Shown here in pieces: positions 29,907 to 39,640 of a DNA stretch of 64,000 nt; positions within the stretch are counted from its first letter, which is position 1; every line of letters starts with the position of its first letter. This stretch comes from an uncultured Desulfobacter sp. (GTDB lineage: Bacteria; Desulfobacterota; Desulfobacteria; Desulfobacterales; Desulfobacteraceae): the NCBI GenBank assembly GCA_963665095.1, contig OY762069.1, forward strand, positions 416,001 through 480,000. The letters are read 5' to 3'. The notes beneath the pieces are model-generated. The model made no database searches, had not been told where the DNA came from, and saw only the letters and a list, made by a program, of their open reading frames with translations. The position numbers were made by a program, and so were the translations under genes.

Positions 29907-31159
29907 AACAGTTGCCCTCCCTTGTAATTTGAGGGTTCAGGCATAATCCGGATATCATTTTCGTTCCAGCGGTGCCGCTTGACCCGACAGTTCACAGCAA
30001 GGTCCACCGGGGTTAACAAGCCATAAGACTTTGCTTTATAGATAACTTCAGCCTGCAAAGGGGTGTCCTCATGGTACTTTACATCCACATGTCTGCCGAT
30101 CAGCGCAACCGGGGCCTCAAACATGTTGCCGTCAAGGGTGATGGTTCGGTCCTTTGCCACCTTGCGCCGGGCGGTTTTGCGGAAGTGGTCTTTCAGATCC
30201 GGTGGGGCGGTACGGATGCACTCCATGGCCGAGGTAAATCTTTTAAACGGTGATTCGCCTGTGGAGCTGTGTTTACGCTGATGGTACTCATTATGAAGCC
30301 ACTTCTCAAATGCCCCATTCAGATCATCCAGGGTCTTACCTGTAAATCTTTGCAGAAACTGAAGCCGAACCGTTCTGAACCAGCGCTCGATTTTACCTTT
30401 CCCCTGGGGCTTATATGGCCTTGCATGGATTAAAGCGATGGACAGAGACGCTGCTACATATTTTAAATGATGGGATCTGAACGCAGGACCGTTATCTACA
30501 TACAGCTTGCGGGGAAGCCCACGGCTCAAAAAAGCCTGCTCCAGCACCATAAGATAGGTCTTCAGATTCTCAGATAAATAAAAACCTGCAGCCGTAACCA
30601 GCCTGGAATGATCGTCCATAATGGCAATCAGGTACGTTTTTCTTTGCTTATCCTGAACCAGGACTGTAGGGCCGTGCATGACGTCGCTTTGCCACATATC
30701 ATTGGGGTGCGGGGCTTCAAACTTTCTTCTATCCTCTGGCCGGGCCGTGTTCATTAGCCCCCGGCCGCGTAAAAAACGGTATACACTGGATGGACTGTAT
30801 GTCTGGCATGTAGTTTTTTGAAGTGAACAGATCAATGTATCGACTGTCGCATCAGGCTGGTCTAACCGGAGTTTGATTAGTTGAGATGCAGTCTCGTCAT
30901 CGAATACCCTTGATTTTCCCTGGTCTGAACGGTCTTTGGGGTAAAGAGACTCTATTCGACCGTTATACTGCCGGACCCATCCCAGAATCGTACTTCTGGA
31001 AAGCCTGGTCCTTCCAGAATACGGGATGGACCATTTGCGGGCGCACTTCTGCTGTAAAATTCGTTCTTTTTCACCGTAATCAAAATTTGTTCCGGTCACA
31101 AATTCACAAATGACCCCAAACCTGAACACGGCAACCTCTTTTTTCTGATTTTCTGTCAT
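29903..31159 (-). CDS. DDE transposase (rve core, Mu-transposase-like C-terminus)
   Basis: Catalytic triad in WQSD, YVDNG and KGKIER; HTH N-terminus; RKVAKDRTITLDG beta-barrel; GGAGG RBS. Confidence 0.93.
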   Translation of the reverse strand: MTENQKKEVAVFRFGVICEFVTGTNFDYGEKERILQQKCARKWSIPYSGRTRLSRSTILGWVRQYNGRIESLYPKDRSDQGKSRVFDDETASQLIKLRLDQPDATVDTLICSLQKTTCQTYSPSSVYRFLRGRGLMNTARPEDRRKFEAPHPNDMWQSDVMHGPTVLVQDKQRKTYLIAIMDDHSRLVTAAGFYLSENLKTYLMVLEQAFLSRGLPRKLYVDNGPAFRSHHLKYVAASLSIALIHARPYKPQGKGKIERWFRTVRLQFLQRFTGKTLDDLNGAFEKWLHNEYHQRKHSSTGESPFKRFTSAMECIRTAPPDLKDHFRKTARRKVAKDRTITLDGNMFEAPVALIGRHVDVKYHEDTPLQAEVIYKAKSYGLLTPVDLAVNCRVKRHRWNENDIRIMPEPSNYKGGQLL

Positions 31160-31262
31160 ACTTCCTCCTTAAAATTTGGTTCTAAGGGCTTGTATGACAG
31201 TATGATCCTTCGGTAAATCACAGCCTTCGGTAGGGTGGTTTAAACCTGATCCAGCCCCATGG

Positions 31263-31709
31263 TTAAATTGAACTGGTAACCGGGATTTTACCCATACCGA
31301 TTAGCTTGATAAAACCAGCAACCACACCTTTGTCCCAACTGTTGGACAGGTAGGCCGCTATATTTCGTTTCAATGCAGTAAACCAAAAATGCTGTCGACT
31401 CCAGGAGAGTTCCGGCAGATACCGGTCTGTGTATAGACGACTCATAATGCTGGTAAGGATTTGCCAGATACTGGCCTGGAACCTCTTGAAAAAACCATAT
31501 GGCTTCAATTTGAATACGGTTTTGCAATAGGGGCAGCGATATCGCTTCAAATACACCCCTTGATCAAATCCATCAAAAAAGGAGAGTACAAAGCCGTGTC
31601 CCCACAGCCTGGAGTCGTTGCAATGTGGACATCGTGACGGTTTTGGCCATGTAAAATTTTTGCCCTGCTTGAAAATTTGCTTGATATCAGCTTTGACCTT
31701 TATTATCAT
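31263..31709 (-). CDS. Small zinc-ribbon protein (DUF6431-like), first gene of the transposon
   Basis: CPHC..LWGHG...LKRYRCPYC pattern. Confidence 0.75.
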   Translation of the reverse strand: MIIKVKADIKQIFKQGKNFTWPKPSRCPHCNDSRLWGHGFVLSFFDGFDQGVYLKRYRCPYCKTVFKLKPYGFFKRFQASIWQILTSIMSRLYTDRYLPELSWSRQHFWFTALKRNIAAYLSNSWDKGVVAGFIKLIGMGKIPVTSSI

Positions 31710-31901
31710 TTTTATGGTTGTTTTGGGATTTTATAAATCCCGGTCTTAAGGGCGAGGCTCTGCAAAGCTTTTCGCCCTTTTCATTTTTGTCAGAATGCTT
31801 TGATCAGAACCTGTACAGGATAATTTGAGAAAAATGGAACTTTGTCAATTTAATATGAAAAATTTGGCGGGTTTTTGTTCAGATTATTTCGGGAATCTAC
31901 A

Positions 31902-32231
31902 CTGGATATATTCATACTCCCCACGGCCACTCCACAGTTCTCCGTCCAGTTCAAAGGAGGGAAAATTTTTTATAAACCATGCTGGGGGATGCAGTACCAC
32001 GCCTTTGCGGGTAACCAACTGACGGCCATTCCAGTATCCCCTGATTCCGTCCAGTTTTTCACTCATCACCCAGCCCGTCACATCCCGGCTGCGGGAATAA
32101 CTTTGGGGCTTTTGCAGACATGGCTGCCCGGCCTGCACCTGCGAGGGGAAAAGTGCCCATATAATTGCAAAGGCAATAATTGTCTGCAGAATGCCATTAG
32201 GCCTTATTTCTAAATATTTAAGGTTTTTCAT
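31902..32231 (-). pseudogene. ATP-dependent DNA ligase (LigE-type), N-terminal fragment with signal peptide
   Basis: AAGGAG RBS, ATG at 32231; hydrophobic leader ending VQA; SEKLDGIR (motif I), LDGELW (motif III). Confidence 0.9.
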
Positions 32232-32525
32232 ACAAAGTTGCTCCTTTATCATGATGGTTCTGACAGGAAATACACACAGGTAAAGACGCTTCTGCCTGGA
32301 ATTTTGCATGCGTGGGAAAAGTGACCGAACTTTGAAATTTTATCATCGCGAAACTGTGGACAGTATATATGTCAATTGACAGGAAATACAATCTTCAATA
32401 TGGTCATCAGGCATAAATTTGCAGAACTTTTGTGATATGACGTCGATTTTGACCGGGGCACAGGACAGCCGCACAGTTGAACTAAGCAGGGATAATACAT
32501 TGGAAAGAGGGTCGCCCTGCCACCC

Positions 32526-34769
32526 ATGTCTTGGAACAAAGGTATGATCAAACTGATTCAATTTGTCAATAATTTAAGAATCCGGTCCAAGCTATTGGGT
32601 GCCTATACCATTGCGTTCCTGTCCGCACTTCTTATTGGTGGGGGGATTATTATTTTCCAGGTGGAAAAAATCATCCAGACACACATTGAAAGTGAGCTGA
32701 CCAATGCGACGCTTGCCATCCGCAACATGGTAGAAACCGCAGCACACACCTCCATTAAAAATCATCTGCGGGCTGTGGCTGATAAGAATCTGGATATTGT
32801 GACGGCAATATACAGACAGGTTCTGGCTGGCGAACTTCAGGAGGAGGAGGCCAAAGATCTGTGCCGGAAACTGCTGTTCTCCCAGACCATTGGCAGAACC
32901 GGGTATATTTTCTGCGCCAGCACCGACGGCATTGCCATTGAGCACCCCAGATCCGGTGTGGCAGGGAAAAATTTTATGGATAAAGCATTTGTTCGTCAAA
33001 TGATCCAGAAAAAATCCGGGTACCTGGAATATGACTGGAAGAATCCAGAAGAGACATTCAAACGGCCCAAAGCCATGTATATGTCCTACTTTGAGCCCTG
33101 GGACTGGATTATTTCCGCCTCCTCTTACCGGGAGGAATTCAGGGAACTGATTAATGTAGATGATTTCAGGCTAAGCATCTTAAAGCTTAAATTCGGGAAA
33201 AGCGGATATGCATATATCATTGACAGCAAGGGCAACGTGATAGTTCATCCTTTTATTTCAGGTAACTACCTTGATGCCTGGGATCGCCAGGGAAACCTGT
33301 GGGTTCAGGAAATGTGCAGAATGAAAAATGGCCGCATGGTTTATTCCTGGAAAAATCCGGCTGAACTGACAGTGCGCAAAAAACTGGCAATATTTTGTTA
33401 TATCCCTGAGTATGACTGGATTATTGCTTCGGCCAGTCCCCTGGATGAAATATATGCCCCGCTGAATACTGTAAAAACCGTTATTGTGGCCATTGTGGTA
33501 CTGATTTCTCTGTTGGTGTTTATCTTTTCCTTCTGGATCAACGCATCTGTGGTGCGGCCGTTACGGTCACTGATGACCAGGTTTGATCAGGGCGCATCAG
33601 GAGACTTCAGTGTTCGCATGCCCGTGAAATCCACAGATGAGATCGGTCAGCTTGCGGGCTATTTTAACCGTTTCATGGATACCCTGGAAGACTATTCTAA
33701 AGATCTTAAAGCGGAAATTGCACAGAAAAAAAGAAATGAGCAGGCCCTTAAATTAACCGAAGAGATGTTTTCCAAGGCCTTCAGGTCCAGTCCTTCAGGT
33801 ATGTTTATTGCCACACTTGACGGCAATAAAGTTATTAACGTCAACGACAGTTTTCTAAAAATTTCAGGCCACACCCTTCTGGATCTGATCGGAAGTGATC
33901 TGTTAACGTTTCCCTTTTTCCAGAAGCGTGAAGAGGGCAGGGCCTTATTCAGGGATATCCGGGAACGGCGTCCGGTTGTGAACAGGGAAATCAGCTTTTT
34001 TACTGTGTCTGGCCAGGTTCGTGAGGGACTTATCTCCGGTGACGGCGTAACCCTGTGGGAAGAGGCCTGTTTACTGGGATCCATTGCAGATATCACGGAG
34101 TCCAGACGCCTGGAACGTGAAATTATGGATATCAGCCAGAATGAGCGGCAGAAGATCGCCATCTCTTTGCATGATGATCTGTGTCCCCAGCTTATCGGCA
34201 TTGAATTCATGGCCAAAATGCTGGAAAACCGCCTGACACAGCAGGGAGACAGTCTGGAAGAAGAGGCCCTTCGTATCCATAAAATACGGGAGCTGATTCT
34301 TGATGCCATTGAAAAGTCCAGAAATCTTTCCAGGGGCCTATCCCCTGTGAACCTGGAAGACCGTCGGTTTAACGACTCCCTGGAAGAGCTTGCCCGATAT
34401 GTGAGGGATGTGTTCAGAATTAATTGCATTCTGGACTGTCTGCCTGAACAGGAGGCCGGGCAACCCTTCAGGGACAACAATATTGCCACCCATGTCTATT
34501 ACATTGCCCATGAGGCGGTTCATAATGCGGTAAAGTATGCTGAATGCACTGAGATCCGGATCTGCCTTGGCAGAACCAACGGCATGATCCGTATGACCGT
34601 AACAGATAACGGAACAGGCTTTGATCCTGCCATCAGTCACACCGGACTGGGAATCAGGATTATGTCCTATCGGGCCGCACGCATCGGCGGAGACCTGTCC
34701 ATTGACCAGTCTGAAGCGCCGGGTACCCGGGTCTGCCTCGAGCTGCCGGCTTTTGGAGAATTGCCATGA
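32526..34769 (+). CDS. Sensor histidine kinase (Cache-Cache-HAMP-PAS-HisKA_3)
   Basis: Two TM helices flanking Cache repeats; HAMP DEIGQLA; ERQKIAISLHDDL; EAVHNAVKY; DNGTGF. Confidence 0.92.
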   Translation: MSWNKGMIKLIQFVNNLRIRSKLLGAYTIAFLSALLIGGGIIIFQVEKIIQTHIESELTNATLAIRNMVETAAHTSIKNHLRAVADKNLDIVTAIYRQVLAGELQEEEAKDLCRKLLFSQTIGRTGYIFCASTDGIAIEHPRSGVAGKNFMDKAFVRQMIQKKSGYLEYDWKNPEETFKRPKAMYMSYFEPWDWIISASSYREEFRELINVDDFRLSILKLKFGKSGYAYIIDSKGNVIVHPFISGNYLDAWDRQGNLWVQEMCRMKNGRMVYSWKNPAELTVRKKLAIFCYIPEYDWIIASASPLDEIYAPLNTVKTVIVAIVVLISLLVFIFSFWINASVVRPLRSLMTRFDQGASGDFSVRMPVKSTDEIGQLAGYFNRFMDTLEDYSKDLKAEIAQKKRNEQALKLTEEMFSKAFRSSPSGMFIATLDGNKVINVNDSFLKISGHTLLDLIGSDLLTFPFFQKREEGRALFRDIRERRPVVNREISFFTVSGQVREGLISGDGVTLWEEACLLGSIADITESRRLEREIMDISQNERQKIAISLHDDLCPQLIGIEFMAKMLENRLTQQGDSLEEEALRIHKIRELILDAIEKSRNLSRGLSPVNLEDRRFNDSLEELARYVRDVFRINCILDCLPEQEAGQPFRDNNIATHVYYIAHEAVHNAVKYAECTEIRICLGRTNGMIRMTVTDNGTGFDPAISHTGLGIRIMSYRAARIGGDLSIDQSEAPGTRVCLELPAFGELP

Positions 34770-35446
34770 AACAGGAAGCACATAAAAAAATTCTGATTGT
34801 TGAAGACCACCCCATCTTCAGGATGGGCATGAAAGATATGATCAACAATGAGCCTGACCTGGACGTTTGCGCAGAAGCCGAAGACGTGGCTACAGCCCTG
34901 GCGCTCGTGGAAAAGCTTCATCCGGATCTGGCCATTGTGGATCTGTCTCTTAAAAAAAGTTCCGGCATGGATTTAATTGATAAAATCCATAAAGAATACC
35001 GGTTTTGCCGGACCCTGGTTCTTTCCATGCACGATGAGGCCCTGCATGCGGAACGATGCCTTCTTGCCGGTGCCAGGGGATATATCATGAAGCAGGAGGC
35101 ATCCGAGTCTGTTATCACGGCCATTCGAAGCATCATGGAAGACCAGATTCATGTCAGCCCAAGGATCATGAGCCGCCTTCTCAGTGTCTTTACAAAACAG
35201 CCTGACCCGGCCAATGCATCTCCTTTAGCCGCCATTACAGACCGGGAACTTGAGATTTTCAGAATGATCGGCTGCGGCCTTACCTCCAAAGAGATTGCTG
35301 TACGCCTGAATATCAGTATTAAAACCGTGGGTACTTACCGTGAGCGTATCAAGGAGAAGCTGAATTTGAAAAATGCCAGCGAGCTCATCCGGTATGCGGT
35401 TGTCTGGGTGGAAACCGGGGTTTTTAAAGGTTCGTCTGATTTGTAG
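34766..35446 (+). CDS. NarL/LuxR-family response regulator
   Basis: VEDH, VDLSL, GYIMK receiver; TDRELEIF...ISIKTVGTYR HTH. Confidence 0.95.
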   Translation: MKQEAHKKILIVEDHPIFRMGMKDMINNEPDLDVCAEAEDVATALALVEKLHPDLAIVDLSLKKSSGMDLIDKIHKEYRFCRTLVLSMHDEALHAERCLLAGARGYIMKQEASESVITAIRSIMEDQIHVSPRIMSRLLSVFTKQPDPANASPLAAITDRELEIFRMIGCGLTSKEIAVRLNISIKTVGTYRERIKEKLNLKNASELIRYAVVWVETGVFKGSSDL

Positions 35447-35504
35447 GTGCAAACCCTACAAAAATTTGGGTTTAAATTATACAAGTAATTAGGGGACTTT
35501 CCTA
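35442..35504 (+). promoter_or_regulatory. Three phased TAGG-N7-CCTA boxes upstream of the acyl-CoA ligase
   Basis: TAGG-N7-CCTA at 35444, degenerate TGGG-N7-TATA at 35467, TAGG-N7-CCTA at 35490 (23-bp period). Confidence 0.5.
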
Positions 35505-35611
35505 TTTTTTCTTTTCATTGAATTGGTTAAGTCTGTATCCAAGATTTTCTAATTTTTTTTCGCAGCACCGTAAAAAGAAAAATTTTAACCTGTTTTTTAC
35601 AAGGAGGCCCC

Positions 35612-37270
35612 ATGGCACACATCACAAACACCCGGCTGATTCAACCCTGCAAAGATGCGTATGCTTTTCCACTGCTCATTAAAAATTTGTTGGAAACGCC
35701 TTTGATTTACGCCCCGGACCAGGAGATCATTTATCGGGACCAGATGCGGTATACCTATAAAGACTTTGGCCAGCGTGTAAAAAAACTTGCGTCCATGCTC
35801 ACAAGCTTAGGCGTCAAACCCGGGGATACTGTGGCAGTGATGGACTGGGATTCCCATCGCTATCTTGAGTGCTATTTTGCTGTGCCCATGATGGGGGCTG
35901 TGCTGCACACCATTAACATTCGTCTGACCCCTGAACAGCTGATTTATACCATCAACCATGCCGAAGATGATGTGATCCTGGTTAATGAAGAGTTCCTGCC
36001 GCTTCTCTCTTCTGTAAAAGACCGGTTTGAAACGGTGAAAAATGTGATCCTGCTTACTGACAAAGGTCAGATGCCTGAATCTGACATGACCTTTGCCGGT
36101 GAATATGAAGCACTGATGGCTGATGCACAACCTGAGTATGATTTTCCTGAGTTTGATGAAAACACCATGGCCACCACCTTTTACACCACCGGGACCACCG
36201 GTCTTCCAAAGGGTGTCTTCTTCAGTCACCGGCAGCTGGTGCTCCATACCTATGCGTTGATGTCCGGATTGTCTGCTTATGACGCCCAGGCCAATGTCAA
36301 CTCAGCTGATGTCTATATGCCTTTAACCCCGATGTTTCATGTTCATGCCTGGGGAATTCCATATATGATGACCATGCTTGGCTCCAAACAGGTATATCCG
36401 GGCCGGTATGAACCTGAGATGCTGCTTAAACTGATCATCACCGAAAAGGTGACCTTTTCCCATTGCGTTCCCACCATCATTAACATGCTGGTCACCAGCC
36501 CTGCCATTTCAAAAGTCAATCTGGACGGCTGGAAAGTGGTTATCGGCGGATCTGCAATGCCCCAGGGGTTATGTAAACAGGGCCTGAAGAATAATATCAA
36601 CCTGTATACTGCATACGGCATGTCTGAAACCTGCCCGTTGCTCACCGTGGCCAACATCAAACCCAATCTCAGGGATAAAAGTGAGGATGAACAGGTGGAA
36701 ATCCGGTGTAAAACAGGGCTGCCTGTTCCCAATGTTCAGCTCAAGGTGGTGGATGCCATGGGCAATGCTGTTCCCCATGACGGCGAGACGGCCGGTGAAG
36801 TGGTAGTTCGTACACCCTGGCTTACCCAGGGGTATATCAAGGATGAGGAAAAATCAGCAGAGCTGTGGGAAAATGGCTGGCTTCACACCGGAGACATCGG
36901 GGTGATTGATTCAGATGGGTATCTTAAAATTACGGACCGTCTTAAAGACGTTATCAAAACTGGTGGCGAATGGATTTCATCCCTGGAACTTGAAGATATC
37001 ATCTCCAGGCACGAAGCGGTTTCCGAAGTGGCAGTGGTGGGCGTAGCTGATGAGAAGTGGGGGGAACGCCCCCTTGCCATGGTAGTACTCCGTGACGGAT
37101 TCCAGGGTAAAATCAAGGAGTCCGATATCCAGGATTTCTGTATGAAGTTTGTTGAAAGCGGGCAGATTCCCAAATACGGGGTTCCGTCAAGAATTATTCT
37201 GGATGAGCAGATTCCTAAAACCTCTGTTGGCAAAATTTCCAAAAAGGATATCCGGTCTCAATACAATTAA
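35612..37270 (+). CDS. Fatty-acid/acyl-CoA ligase (AlkK-like)
   Basis: YTTGTTGLPKG, YGMSET, WLHTGD, DRLKDVIKTGGEWISS, PKTSVGK. Confidence 0.93.
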   Translation: MAHITNTRLIQPCKDAYAFPLLIKNLLETPLIYAPDQEIIYRDQMRYTYKDFGQRVKKLASMLTSLGVKPGDTVAVMDWDSHRYLECYFAVPMMGAVLHTINIRLTPEQLIYTINHAEDDVILVNEEFLPLLSSVKDRFETVKNVILLTDKGQMPESDMTFAGEYEALMADAQPEYDFPEFDENTMATTFYTTGTTGLPKGVFFSHRQLVLHTYALMSGLSAYDAQANVNSADVYMPLTPMFHVHAWGIPYMMTMLGSKQVYPGRYEPEMLLKLIITEKVTFSHCVPTIINMLVTSPAISKVNLDGWKVVIGGSAMPQGLCKQGLKNNINLYTAYGMSETCPLLTVANIKPNLRDKSEDEQVEIRCKTGLPVPNVQLKVVDAMGNAVPHDGETAGEVVVRTPWLTQGYIKDEEKSAELWENGWLHTGDIGVIDSDGYLKITDRLKDVIKTGGEWISSLELEDIISRHEAVSEVAVVGVADEKWGERPLAMVVLRDGFQGKIKESDIQDFCMKFVESGQIPKYGVPSRIILDEQIPKTSVGKISKKDIRSQYN

Positions 37271-37365
37271 TATATCACATTAAAAGTGCAAAAATTTCCG
37301 GGAGGTTTCTCAGGGATATGCCTGAACCTTCCGGAATGCGTTTTGCCAGACCATAGGTAATATTA

Positions 37366-37402
37366 AAAAGGGGCGTATATTCGTACGGTATACGCCCCTT
37401 TT
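37366..37402. terminator. Bidirectional intrinsic terminator
   Basis: AAAAGGGGCGTATA...TATACGCCCCTTTT between convergent genes. Confidence 0.85.
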
Positions 37403-37451
37403 ATTGTCTCTGGAATCTGGATTTCAGACCTGAAAAATATGGTTGGAAAAA

Positions 37452-38555
37452 TTATAGGATTGTCAGATCCCTGTTTGAGTGATTCAGGGTTTCTCCCCTT
37501 CCGTTTTCATTGACAATATAAATATCTTCAATGCGCATGCCCACCTCACCGGGGATATAAATGCCCGGTTCAATACTGAAGGCCATGCCCGGTTCAAGCA
37601 CTGTATCTGAACCGCCCCGGATAAAAGGTTCTTCATGGACATCCATGCCGATGCCGTGGCCGGTGCGATTTAGAAAATAATCCCCATACCCTGCCTGTTC
37701 AATGACGCTGCGTGCAGCATGATCCACGTCTGCTGCAGTGGCGCCTTGCCTGACACTGGACGCGGCAGATTCAAACGCCTGTTTGACAATCGCATAAATT
37801 TCTTTTTCACGCTCGTTCGGGGCACCCACAAAAAAGGTGCGGGAGGTGTCCGAGCAGAAACCGTTTACCATGCAGCCGAAATCCAGGATAATTACATCTT
37901 TTTCTGTAATGATTCTGTCATATCTGTTGTAGTGAGGCCTGGAATTGTTTGATCCGGATGCTACAATAGGCGTGAAAGAGGGCGGGGCATTTTTTTTGTC
38001 AAAAGCATCCAGAATGAAATTTTTTATGTCAAGTTCGCTGATCCCCGGCCGGATAAAGGATTTGAGATCATCCATGACGATATCAGCGAGCGTGCCGGCT
38101 TTCCGCATGAAATCCAGTTCCTGGCTGGTTTTAATAATCCGGCAGGAAGACAGAATTTGTCTTGCATCAAAAAAACGGCACTTGGGAAACAACGCCTCAA
38201 CGGCCATCAGATCCACAGCCCGCACAGCATCACTGACGGCAATGGATGCCTTTGACAGGCCATGGGTTTTAAATGCCCTGGCCACTGCATCTTCAAATAT
38301 TTCTGCATCATCCCATACATACATGGGCGTATTTTCCGGCAGGGCGTTTGCCATGTCTTCCAGGTATATACGGTTGGTGACGCAAAAAATAGTTTTGTCC
38401 GGCAGGGCAAAGACTGCCTGGAACCGTTCACAGCCGCCGGGGTTGAATCCGAAAAAAAAGTGCATATCCCCGGATGGTGGGATGATTACGGCATCCATGC
38501 CGGCATCACCCATTGCCCGGGCAAGTTGTTCCTGCCTGTGTAATAAACTGTTCAT
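37452..38555 (-). CDS. Xaa-Pro peptidase family protein (M24; prolidase/aminopeptidase P-like)
   Basis: Creatinase-like N-terminal domain; PH, DFG..SDTSRT, GHGIG.DVHE, EPGIY, GMRIED. Confidence 0.92.
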   Translation of the reverse strand: MNSLLHRQEQLARAMGDAGMDAVIIPPSGDMHFFFGFNPGGCERFQAVFALPDKTIFCVTNRIYLEDMANALPENTPMYVWDDAEIFEDAVARAFKTHGLSKASIAVSDAVRAVDLMAVEALFPKCRFFDARQILSSCRIIKTSQELDFMRKAGTLADIVMDDLKSFIRPGISELDIKNFILDAFDKKNAPPSFTPIVASGSNNSRPHYNRYDRIITEKDVIILDFGCMVNGFCSDTSRTFFVGAPNEREKEIYAIVKQAFESAASSVRQGATAADVDHAARSVIEQAGYGDYFLNRTGHGIGMDVHEEPFIRGGSDTVLEPGMAFSIEPGIYIPGEVGMRIEDIYIVNENGRGETLNHSNRDLTIL

Positions 38556-38652
38556 TTTTGGGTTCCCATAAAAAAGCCGAAGGCATAAATCCCCCGGCAG
38601 TGATTGTTTTTTTAACGGGTAACGGGTTGTGTCCGTATTCCGGTGAAAGTTC

Positions 38653-39636
38653 CTACATCAGCCGCTCTGCATGGTGACAGGCAATCTGCCGGTTCTCAAG
38701 CATTCGCAATTTGGGGCGCTCCATGCGGCACTGCTCTGTCATATACCGGCAGCGCTGATGAAAAGGGCACCCCGGAGGCGGGTCAAGGGGCGAAGGCAGC
38801 TCTCCGGACAGGCGAATTCTGCCGATGCGCCGTTCCTTGTCCACATGGGGGGTGGCCGCCATGAGTGCAACCGTATACGGATGAAGGGGTTTGTCGAAGA
38901 TCTGGTTTTTATCTCCCTGCTCCACCGGACGGCCGAGATACATGACCAGCACCTCGTCACTGATCAGGCGAACCACGGACAGGTCATGGGAGATAAACAG
39001 GTAGGCCAGGTTCATCTCCTCCTGAAGATCCATAAAAAGGTTCAAAGCCTGGGCCTGGACAGAGACATCCAGGGCTGATACCGGCTCGTCTGCCACCACA
39101 ATATCGGGATTAAGCATCAGCGATCGTGCAATGGCAATGCGCTGGCGCTGGCCTCCTGAAAACATGTGGGGATACCGGGCGTACTGCTCGGCACTTAATC
39201 CCACCTTATCCATAATTTCAAGGGCCTTTTCCTTTTTTTCTGCAGCACTGAATTCTGTGTTAATATCCAGGGGCTCGGTGAGGATGCTGCCCACTTTTTT
39301 TCTTGGATTCAAAGAACCGTAGGGATCCTGGAATACGATCTGCACACGGGAGCGCAGCTGTTTGCGATGCGCCTTATCCGTGGTGTTGACATGGATGCCA
39401 CCGATAAAAAGATCGCCTGCTGTGGGCGGTTCAATCATGGTTACGACTCTTGCAAGGGTGGACTTACCGCAGCCGGACTCTCCCACCACTGCCAGGGTCT
39501 TGCCCTTTTCAAGGGTAAAGGAGACCCCGTCAAGGGCCTTCAGGTTCACCTTTTTTTTGATAAAAGTCCCCTGTTTTACCGTGTAGTACCGGGTCAGCTC
39601 TTTTGAAACAAGAATGGGGTTGTTTTCCATATTCAC
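38653..39636 (-). CDS. dppF: Dipeptide ABC transporter ATP-binding subunit
   Basis: GESGCGKS, FSGGQRQR, DEPVSALD, HPYT, C-terminal Cys cluster. Confidence 0.92.
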   Translation of the reverse strand: MNMENNPILVSKELTRYYTVKQGTFIKKKVNLKALDGVSFTLEKGKTLAVVGESGCGKSTLARVVTMIEPPTAGDLFIGGIHVNTTDKAHRKQLRSRVQIVFQDPYGSLNPRKKVGSILTEPLDINTEFSAAEKKEKALEIMDKVGLSAEQYARYPHMFSGGQRQRIAIARSLMLNPDIVVADEPVSALDVSVQAQALNLFMDLQEEMNLAYLFISHDLSVVRLISDEVLVMYLGRPVEQGDKNQIFDKPLHPYTVALMAATPHVDKERRIGRIRLSGELPSPLDPPPGCPFHQRCRYMTEQCRMERPKLRMLENRQIACHHAERLM

Positions 39637-39640
39637 GTCC

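Larger units (their letters stand above)
28804..31901 (-). mobile_element. 3,098-bp three-gene transposon (Zn-finger protein + DDE transposase + AAA ATPase; IS21/Mu/Tn7-superfamily-like)
   Basis: TGT...ACA termini; CTGG duplicated at 28800-28803 and 31902-31905; removing the element restores the ligase frame (YIQ|SVVLD). Confidence 0.92.

Noticed and set aside
33692..34489. Long antisense ORFs (e.g. 33692-34489, 37945-38571, 55373-56029)
   Set aside because: Shadow frames of well-supported genes, with no recognisable motifs.
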